In this document: positions 50,030 to 58,252 of the stretch, in pieces
Numbering within the stretch: the stretch's first letter is position 1
How the letters are laid out: each line of letters opens with the position of its first letter
Program-made: the position numbers and the translations under genes
Origin: Myxococcales bacterium
Lineage (GTDB): Bacteria; Myxococcota_A; Polyangia; Polyangiales; JADJMO01
Direction of reading: 5' to 3'
DNA: 64,000 nucleotides
Assembly (NCBI GenBank): GCA_016794445.1
Contig: JAEUKC010000022.1
Location: 1,133-65,132, forward strand
The notes under the pieces: model-generated
Database searches by the model: none
Told to the model about the DNA's origin: nothing
Seen by the model: the letters and a program-made list of their open reading frames with translations, nothing else

Positions 50030-51162
50030 GACGGCTCCTTGTCCCGGTCCGCGGAGGGGTCGCCGACGACCACGACGTCGACCTCCGGCACGGTGCGCAT
50101 GAACTCCGCCAGCACCGAGCCCCGCAGCCGCTCCCGGAGCCTGGACTGGCGCGTCCGGCCGAACACGGCGTGGGTGATCCCCTTCCTGCGCGCGAACTCG
50201 CGCAGCGCCGCGACGACGTCGTCTCCCTCGAGCCGCACGACCTCGGCGCCGAGCTCCTTGGCGAGCCGGATGTTCTCGGTCAGCGAGCGCAGGCTCGCGG
50301 CGTCGATGCGATCGGGGGTCTCGTCGCGGGTGCGCACGTAGACGACGAACCAGCGGCTCGCGAGGCCTCCGGCGAGCCGCGCCCCCTGCCGGAGCAGCCG
50401 CCGCGTCGCGCCGGGCTGCGACGACATGGAGACCATCACGCGCTCGGCGGCGACCGCCCCCGACTCCTCCTCCGGGCTGCGACGCGCACGGCGCTCGACG
50501 GCGTTGGCCACCTCGCGCAGGGCGAGCTGGCGCAGCGCGACCAGGTTCTTCTCGGTGAAGAAGCGACGCAGGGCGTGCTCCACCTTCTCGGGCGGGTAGA
50601 TCTTGCCCTCGCGGAGGCGCTCGGTGAGCTCGCTCGGCGGCAGGTCGACGACGACCACCTCGTCCGCGCGCTGCACGACGCGGTCGGGGATGCGCTCGCG
50701 CACGTCGACCCCGGTCTCGCGCAGCACGAGGTCGTGCAGGCTCTCGAGGTGCTGCACGTTGAGGGTCGCGATGACGCTGATCCCGGCGTCGAGGATCTCC
50801 TCCACGTCCTCCCACCGCTTGTCGTGCCGCGAGCCGGGGACGTTGGTGTGGGCGAGCTCGTCGACGAGCGCGACGGCCGGGCGACGCGCGAGCAGGGCGT
50901 CGAGGTCGAGCTCCTCGAGCGGTACGCCCCGGTACTGCAGCGTCCGGCGCGGCAACACGACGAGCCCCTCGAGCGCGGCGGCGGTCTCCTTGCGCCCGTG
51001 GGTCTCGACGATCCCGCAGACGACGTCGACCCCCTCCTCGGACAGGCGCCGCCCCTCTCGCAGCATCGCGACCGTCTTGCCGACCCCCGCGGCCATGCCG
51101 AGGTAGATCTTGAGAGGCGCCCGGCGACGCGCTCGCAAGAGGGTGAGGAAATCGTCGGCCAC
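50026..51162 (-). CDS. kdpD: stand-alone KdpD N-terminal sensor domain plus Usp domain (no kinase core)
   Basis: KIYLGMAAGVGKT Walker A, LVDELAHTN, ISVIATLNVQHLES, then a Usp-like half. 378 aa with no TM, HisKA or HATPase part. Confidence 0.9.
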   Translation of the reverse strand: MADDFLTLLRARRRAPLKIYLGMAAGVGKTVAMLREGRRLSEEGVDVVCGIVETHGRKETAAALEGLVVLPRRTLQYRGVPLEELDLDALLARRPAVALVDELAHTNVPGSRHDKRWEDVEEILDAGISVIATLNVQHLESLHDLVLRETGVDVRERIPDRVVQRADEVVVVDLPPSELTERLREGKIYPPEKVEHALRRFFTEKNLVALRQLALREVANAVERRARRSPEEESGAVAAERVMVSMSSQPGATRRLLRQGARLAGGLASRWFVVYVRTRDETPDRIDAASLRSLTENIRLAKELGAEVVRLEGDDVVAALREFARRKGITHAVFGRTRQSRLRERLRGSVLAEFMRTVPEVDVVVVGDPSADRDKEPS

Positions 51163-51202
51163 GGTCGGAAGGGTCGCTCTGCCCGCGCGCGGGCGTCGAG
51201 TC

Positions 51203-51295
51203 TCACGAGCCGAGCTGCTCCGGCCGCGCGAGCACGAAGACCCCGTAGATCACGAAGACCATGCCCGAGATGGCGCCGAGGAGGACGTCTGCCAT
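51203..51295 (-). CDS. KdpF-like 30-aa micro-protein upstream of the kdpD N-domain gene
   Basis: Only the tail of track ORF 51203..51760. MADVLLGAISGMVFVIYGVFVLARPEQLGS shares the hydrophobic helix plus the F/VVLARPE(R/Q) ending with the kdpF product at 45594-45683. Confidence 0.55.
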   Translation of the reverse strand: MADVLLGAISGMVFVIYGVFVLARPEQLGS

Positions 51296-51307
51296 GCCGA
51301 CGCTCCT

Positions 51308-51323
51308 TGCAGCGCGTGGGCCA
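51308..51323 (-). promoter_or_regulatory. candidate sigma-54 promoter for the kdpF-like / kdpD-N / regulator operon
   Basis: Minus strand TGGCCCACGCGCTGCA versus consensus TGGCAC-N5-TTGCA, exact spacing. The GC lies 14 nt upstream of the micro-ORF ATG. Confidence 0.55.
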
Positions 51324-51397
51324 GCAGGTGGTCGAGGCTGCTGGAACCCGGCTCCGGACCGGGTTCGGGCGGCGCCGCATGACGGCGTCTCGGCGGG

Positions 51398-51415
51398 TCG
51401 TGCAGCGGTGCACGA
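51398..51415. promoter_or_regulatory. candidate enhancer (UAS) palindrome TCGTGCA-GCGG-TGCACGA
   Basis: Perfect 7-bp inverted repeat between the two divergent -24/-12 elements. Near-identical copy at 45896-45913. Confidence 0.5.
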
Positions 51416-51456
51416 ATCGGCCCCGACGTCGCGTGAAGGTCGGGGGTCCCGAGAAC

Positions 51457-51472
51457 TGGCGCATGGCTTGCA
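51457..51472 (+). promoter_or_regulatory. candidate sigma-54 promoter for the KimA-like gene
   Basis: TGGCGCATGGCTTGCA: 14 of 16 positions match TGGCAC-N5-TTGCA including GG, GC and the spacing. About 60 nt upstream of ATG 51534. Confidence 0.6.
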
Positions 51473-51533
51473 AATTCGCACGACGTCCTCGCAGTCGCGC
51501 ACGAAGTCCACCGCGCAGAACCCGCACTCCTCG

Positions 51534-53588
51534 ATGCCCAAGCGTCTCCGCCACCTCCTGTTCGGCGCCCCCAAGGACGTCCGCGATCCCGAAGCCTTCC
51601 ACAAGATCTCGCTGGTCGCCCTGCTCGCCTGGGTCGGCCTCGGCGCCGATGGTCTCTCGTCGTCGGCGTACGGCCCCGACGAGTCGTTCCGCGCGCTCGG
51701 CGCCCACACCGGCCTCGCAGTGTTCCTCGCGCTCGCCACGGCGCTCACCGTCTTCATCATCAGCTACGGGTACAGCCGGATCATCGAGCAGTTCCCGAGC
51801 GGCGGTGGCGGCTACGTCGTCGCCTCGCGGCTCCTCGGCCCGCGGGTCGGGGTGGCCTCGGGCGCCGCGCTCCTCGTCGACTACGTGCTGACCATCACCG
51901 TCTCGATCGCGAGCGGCGCCGACGCGATCTTCTCGTTCCTGCCGCCGAGCCTGCTCCACTTCAAGCTGCCCGCCGCCGCGGCCGGTCTCGCCTTCCTCAC
52001 CATCCTCAACCTGCGCGGCGCGAAGGAGTCCGTCACCTCGCTCGTGCCGGTGTTCATGGTGTTCCTGGTGACCCACGCGATCATGCTCGGCGTGGTGCTG
52101 TTCGGGCACCTCGGCGACGTCGCGCCGACCGCCCACCGCGTGCAAGAGAGCCTCCACGGCTCCGCCAAGACCCTCGGCACCGTCGGCCTCCTCTCGCTGT
52201 TCATGCGCGCCTACTCGATGGGCGGAGGCACCTACACGGGCATCGAGGCGGTCTCCAACGGCGTCGCCATGATGCGCGAGCCGCGCGTACAGACCGCCAA
52301 GCGCACGATGGTGCTGATGGCCGTGTCGCTGGCCGTCACGGCCGGTGGCATCATGCTCGCGTACCTCTTGATGGCGGCCACGCCCGAGCCGGGCAAGACC
52401 ATGAACGCGGTGCTCCTCGAGCGCGTCGCGAGCCACTGGCAGCTGTTCGGGCTGCCGCTCGGCAAGGTGTTCGTGATCGTGGCGCTCGTGTCCGAGGGCG
52501 CCCTCCTGTTCGTCGCCGCGCAGGCCGGCTTCCTCGACGGCCCGCGCGTCATGGCCAACATGGCGACCGACTCGTGGCTCCCCCACCGCTTCGCCGCCCT
52601 CTCCGACCGCCTCTCCATGCGCAACGGCGTGCTGCTCATGGCGATCTCGTCGGGCGCGCTCCTCGTCTACACGCGGGGCGACGTGTCGAAGCTCGTCGTC
52701 ATGTACTCGATCAACGTGTTCCTCACGTTCTCGCTCTCCAACCTCGCCATGTCCAAGCTGTGGATCTCGCGGCGGAAGACCGAGGCGGGGGCCCTCAAGC
52801 ACCTGCCCGCACACGTGATCGCGCTGGCGCTCTGCGTGACCATCCTCGGCGTCACGGTCTACGAGAAGTTCCGCGAGGGCGGCTGGCTCACGCTCGTCGT
52901 GACGAGCGCGGTCGTGGCCGTGTGCTTCTACATCAAGCGCCACTACGAGGCCGTCCGGATCGCGCTGCGCCGCCTCGACCAGGATCTCCCCTCCCCCGTC
53001 GAGGTCGAGAGCACCACGTCCGAGGGGCGCGAGGCGATCGCGTTCGTGCACGGCGAGACCGAGAACCTCGCCGAGCACCACAGCGAGCTCGATCCCGACC
53101 CGGAGCGACCGGTGGCGGTGCTGTTCGTCGGCGGCTACAGCGGGCTCGGTCGCCACGCGTTGCTCACGCTCCTGCGCATGTTCCCCGACCACTTCGGCGG
53201 CGTGGTGTTCGTCAGCGTCGCGGTCGCGGACTCCGAGTCGTTCAAGGGTCCCGACCAGCTCGAGGCCCTGCAGAACCGCACGCGCGAGCACCTCCTGCGC
53301 TACGAGCGCTACGCGCAGTCGCTCGGCCTGCGCGCAGCGAGCGCGTTTGCGGTCGGCACCGAGGTCGCGGTCGAGGGCGTCCGCGTGGCCGAGGTGCTGC
53401 GGCGTCGCTACCCGAAGCCGCTGTTCGTGGCCGGGCAGATCGTCTTCGAAGAAGAGACCCAGATCTCACGCATCCTGCACAACGAGACGGCGTTCATGGT
53501 GCAGCGCCGCCTGCAGCGCGCCGGGATGCCGATGATCGTGGTGCCCGTTCGCCTCGCGCTCGAGGGAGAGCAGAAGGCCGCGGCGTGA
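51534..53588 (+). CDS. kimA: KimA-type (APC superfamily) K+/H+ symporter homolog with cytoplasmic C-terminal domain
   Basis: Collinear with B. subtilis KimA as I remember it: KRLRHLLFGAP..., LSSSAYGP, FPSGGGGYVVAS, LLVDYVLTITVSIASGADAI, NLRGAKES, C-terminal ILHNETAFMVQRRL. 684 aa. Confidence 0.8.
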   Translation: MPKRLRHLLFGAPKDVRDPEAFHKISLVALLAWVGLGADGLSSSAYGPDESFRALGAHTGLAVFLALATALTVFIISYGYSRIIEQFPSGGGGYVVASRLLGPRVGVASGAALLVDYVLTITVSIASGADAIFSFLPPSLLHFKLPAAAAGLAFLTILNLRGAKESVTSLVPVFMVFLVTHAIMLGVVLFGHLGDVAPTAHRVQESLHGSAKTLGTVGLLSLFMRAYSMGGGTYTGIEAVSNGVAMMREPRVQTAKRTMVLMAVSLAVTAGGIMLAYLLMAATPEPGKTMNAVLLERVASHWQLFGLPLGKVFVIVALVSEGALLFVAAQAGFLDGPRVMANMATDSWLPHRFAALSDRLSMRNGVLLMAISSGALLVYTRGDVSKLVVMYSINVFLTFSLSNLAMSKLWISRRKTEAGALKHLPAHVIALALCVTILGVTVYEKFREGGWLTLVVTSAVVAVCFYIKRHYEAVRIALRRLDQDLPSPVEVESTTSEGREAIAFVHGETENLAEHHSELDPDPERPVAVLFVGGYSGLGRHALLTLLRMFPDHFGGVVFVSVAVADSESFKGPDQLEALQNRTREHLLRYERYAQSLGLRAASAFAVGTEVAVEGVRVAEVLRRRYPKPLFVAGQIVFEEETQISRILHNETAFMVQRRLQRAGMPMIVVPVRLALEGEQKAAA

Positions 53589-53643
53589 TCGTGCGCCGCT
53601 GCACGAGCTACGGCCTGGGTACACATTCTGCTTCGTTCTCGTC

Positions 53644-53910
53644 GTGTCCCCCTACCGACGCCCCGATCGTGCACCGCGTCCCGAGCCCGAGGACGACCGC
53701 GAAGAGTCGGTCTTCGTCACCTCGATCATCGTGATCGCCCTTGCCGTGGCCGCGTTCCAGCGCGTGAGCCACGGCGGCGCCTTCGACGCCATCGAGACGC
53801 TCGCGTGGCTGGTCGCGATCGTGCTGCTGGTGGAGCGCGCGCTCAGGGCGCGAGCCGCGGCAGGATCGCGCGGAACATCCACTCACCGACCGCCCACGAG
53901 TACAGGTTGA
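53644..53910 (+). CDS. possible small two-TM membrane protein (uncertain)
   Basis: 88-aa ORF with high GC3 until it overlaps the convergent gene. Hydrophobic segments SIIVIALAVAAF and LAWLVAIVLLV. Confidence 0.3.
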   Translation: MSPYRRPDRAPRPEPEDDREESVFVTSIIVIALAVAAFQRVSHGGAFDAIETLAWLVAIVLLVERALRARAAAGSRGTSTHRPPTSTG

Positions 53911-54196
53911 CGACGAGCGCGACCGCGAACGCGCGCCGCGCGCCCAGGCCGCAGATCACGAGCGAGAGGCCCTCGAGGACCACCGCCGAAGCCTCGCCCG
54001 CGAAGATCGCGGCGTCGTGCCCGAGCACGCGCACCCACACGAACCAGAGCAGCGGGTAGCTCACCGCGTTGCCGAGCGTCGCGCCGAGGAGCGCGCGGAG
54101 CCGACGACCCGCCGGCGCGAGCGCGGCGTAGAGCGGCAGCTCGAGCGCCAGCACGAGCGGCACCATGGCGAGGAACAGACGCGTGTAGGCGCTCAC
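53843..54196 (-). CDS. hypothetical integral membrane protein
   Basis: 117 aa with 3-4 predicted TM helices and a coherent frame. Confidence 0.5.
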   Translation of the reverse strand: MSAYTRLFLAMVPLVLALELPLYAALAPAGRRLRALLGATLGNAVSYPLLWFVWVRVLGHDAAIFAGEASAVVLEGLSLVICGLGARRAFAVALVVNLYSWAVGEWMFRAILPRLAP

Positions 54197-54211
54197 ACGC
54201 GGCCCGCGGGC

Positions 54212-54700
54212 TCAGCCCTCTTCGAGGCCGTGCTGACGCATGAGCGCGCGGACCTCGAGCGAGACCTCGAGCTCCGGCGTCGAGTCGAGGAACGCCATCA
54301 ACCAGCGGCGCGCGCCGTCCTTGTCACCGCGCCCGAGGCACGCGAGGCCGAGCGCGTGCCAGACCTCGGGGTCGTCGGGCTTCTGCCGGTGGGCCGTCTC
54401 GGCCTGCTGGAGCGCCGCGCGCGCGTCGCCGAGCTGGCGGAGCGTGTGGCTCAGGTGGATGCGAGCGCCGAGGTATTGCGGAGAGAGCGCCAGCGCCGCG
54501 CGGTACGCGTCGCGCGCTGGCTCGAGCTGTCCCGCTTCGTAGAGCGCGACCCCGAGCCAGTGGTACGCGTAAGGGTTCTTGGGCGAGGCCGCGACCACCT
54601 TGCGCAGCTCGACCAGCGCCTCGAGGGGCTGGTCGTCCTGCACGAGCTCGACGGCCTCTTCGACCTCGCCCCAGAACCGCGCGTCGTCTTCTTCGGACAT
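54212..54700 (-). CDS. TPR-repeat protein
   Basis: Repeated A-x-x-x-Y/L-x-x-A-L TPR pattern (AYHWLGVALYEAGQLEPARDAYRAALALSP...). Confidence 0.8.
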   Translation of the reverse strand: MSEEDDARFWGEVEEAVELVQDDQPLEALVELRKVVAASPKNPYAYHWLGVALYEAGQLEPARDAYRAALALSPQYLGARIHLSHTLRQLGDARAALQQAETAHRQKPDDPEVWHALGLACLGRGDKDGARRWLMAFLDSTPELEVSLEVRALMRQHGLEEG

Positions 54701-54722
54701 GCCGGCGACGCCTGGAGGGAGC

Positions 54723-54890
54723 TCAGCCCGCGGACTTCTTGGCGGCCGTCTTCTTGGCGGCGGCCTTCTTCGTCCCGGCCTTCACGCTGGCGGCGCGCGC
54801 CTCGGTGCGACGGGCGATGCGGGCCTTCTTCTTCGCCTGGGCCTTGCGGCGGCTCATCTTCTGCGAGTGGCGGCGGTCGTGACGACCCAT
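54723..54890 (-). CDS. small highly basic Lys/Ala/Arg-rich protein (55 aa)
   Basis: MGRHDRRHSQKMSRRKAQAKKKARIARR...KKAAAKKTAAKKSAG. AAGGAG lies 6 nt upstream of the ATG. Confidence 0.6.
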   Translation of the reverse strand: MGRHDRRHSQKMSRRKAQAKKKARIARRTEARAASVKAGTKKAAAKKTAAKKSAG

Positions 54891-55045
54891 GGTCGACTCC
54901 TTGATGGACTGTGGAAAAAGGGGGGCGCGGAGCCTAGGTCGGATCGGGGGGTTTAGCAAAAGCCCGCGGTTTGCGCCCGAGCTGAGGATTGGACAGGGAC
55001 GGTCCGGGAGCGACAAAGCAAGCAGGGATCGGGTAACTTTCGGGC

Positions 55046-55480
55046 ATGAGCTTCTCGACCGTCGTCACGCTCGCCGAGCAGGTCCTCTCGCACCTCGGCA
55101 TCGATCCCAAGACCGCCTGCGTGCGGAGCGACCCCGACACGGTGGCCTGGGGCATGAAGCGCGGCAGCGCGCAGGTCCTGTTCATCGTGGCCGAGGAGCC
55201 CAAGACGGGCGTCTGGCTGCGGGCCATCGCGCCCGTGGTCAAGGTGCCGGCCGACGCGGCCAAGAAGCTCGAGCTCTACGGTCGCCTGCTCGACCTCAAC
55301 GCCAAGGCCATGCGCAACGCGGCCTTCGGCGTGCTGAACGACAACGTGGTGGTCGTGAGCGAGCGCCCGGCCGCCGGGCTCGACGCCGCCGAGGCCGAGC
55401 AGATCCTGAAGCACGTGGGCGCCACGGCCGACCACTACGACGACCTCCTCGCCAACGAGCTCGGCCTCACCCGCGTCTGA
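55046..55480 (+). CDS. YbjN-like / secretion-chaperone-like domain protein
   Basis: 144-aa acidic protein. The pattern (VAWGMKRGSAQVLFIV...WLRAIAPVV...ELYGRLLDLNAKAMRNAAFGV) resembles the YbjN family. Confidence 0.6.
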   Translation: MSFSTVVTLAEQVLSHLGIDPKTACVRSDPDTVAWGMKRGSAQVLFIVAEEPKTGVWLRAIAPVVKVPADAAKKLELYGRLLDLNAKAMRNAAFGVLNDNVVVVSERPAAGLDAAEAEQILKHVGATADHYDDLLANELGLTRV

Positions 55481-55539
55481 GCTCCGGTACGAGGTGTCGC
55501 AGTGACGCCGGGGGCGCCCTTCGCTAGAGGGCTACCCCC

Positions 55540-57029
<1,490 letters not shown>

Positions 57030-57030
<1 letters not shown>

Positions 57031-58034
57031 TGACCGTCCCCGCGCAGGTGCTCGAGGCCTTCGCGCTCGAAGGCCTGCCGCTCACGCCGATCAGCGTGGG
57101 CCTCATCAACCGCACCTTCCGGGTAGACCGTGACGGCGCCCCGTGGCTCGCGCTCCAGGAGCTGCACCCCGTGTTCAAGGGCGAGGTGAACCTCGACCTC
57201 GACGCCATCACGACCCACCTCGCGGCCCAGGGGCTCGCGACCCCCCGCCTGCACCGCACCCGCACGGGCGCGCCGTTCCTCGAGGCCGAGGGGCGCCCGT
57301 GGCGTGCGCTCACCTGGCTGCCGGGCCGCGTGCACCTCGCGGTCTCGTCTCCCTCGATCGCGCGCGCGGCGGCCGGCCTCGTCGCGCGGTTCCACGCGGC
57401 CACCGCGGGCCTCGTGCACACGTTCGCCTTCGAGCGACCGGGCGCCCACGACACGGCCGCCCACCTCGCGCGGCTCGGCGCCGCCCTCGAGCGCGGGAGC
57501 CCCTCGGTGCGGGCGCTCGCCGCGCGGATCCTCGCGCACCCCTTGCCTGCGATCCCGCCGTTGCCCACGCGCATCGTCCACGGCGATCTCAAGATCACCA
57601 ACATCCTGTTCGACGAGGAGGGCACGCGCGCCGTCGCGCTGCTCGACCTCGACACGCTCGCCTACGGCACCCTCGCCACGGAGCTCGGCGACGCGCTGCG
57701 TTCGTGGTGCAACCCGGCCGGGGAGAGCGCCGAGCGCGTCGCCGTGGACGAGGAGATCTTCGCGGCGGCGATCGAGGGCTACGCCGCCGGCGATCCTGGC
57801 ATCACCGGCGCGGAGGTCGCGGCGCTCGTGCCCGGACTCGAGACCATCGCGCTCGAGCTCGCCTCGCGCTTCTGCCTCGACGCGATCGAGGACCGCTACT
57901 TCGGCTGGGATCCGGCGCGGTTCCCGTCGCGGGTCGCGCACGACGAGCGGCGCGCCGAGGCGCAGCTGGCCTTGGCCGAGTCCGTCGCCGAGGCTCGCCC
58001 GCGGCTCGAAGCGCGAGTGGCGAGCGCCTTCTGA
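57030..58034 (+). CDS. APH/choline-kinase-family phosphotransferase
   Basis: IVHGDLKITNILF (HGDxxxxN) and ALLDLD. The ATG overlaps the purF stop by 1 nt (TGATG). Confidence 0.8.
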
Positions 58035-58050
58035 GCGTCGTCGCCAGCGA

Positions 58051-58109
58051 ACAAAAAGAAAGTGCGCCGCAGCGGCCCGGGGGGGGGGACAGGCCTCGCT
58101 GCGGCGCAC
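58051..58109 (-). terminator. intrinsic terminator (minus strand) with a G10 tract in the loop
   Basis: 13-bp perfect stem GTGCGCCGCAGCG (58062-58074) / CGCTGCGGCGCAC (58097-58109). On the minus strand it is followed by TTTCTTTTTGT (58051-58061). Confidence 0.7.
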
Positions 58110-58252
58110 CTGGCATTAGAGCAAACGGTGGGCCAGCTCTGCGCGACCAGAGATCAACAGCTTTGCCCTCCTTCACCTTTCAGTCTTGAAAGACTCGTTG
58201 CAGACCGAGTGCAATGAACCTGGCCGATTTGCGCTAGCGCAAGGAAGTTCGG

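Noticed and set aside
51397-51540. Possible ydaO-type c-di-AMP riboswitch ahead of the KimA-like gene
   Set aside because: Fragments reminiscent of the motif occur in order (GAATCGG, GGGGGTCCC, CCCGCAC). However, the highly conserved ACCCGACAGCTAAC-type segment is absent. The region is short and overlaps a near-consensus -24/-12 promoter. A cmsearch with RF00379 would settle it.
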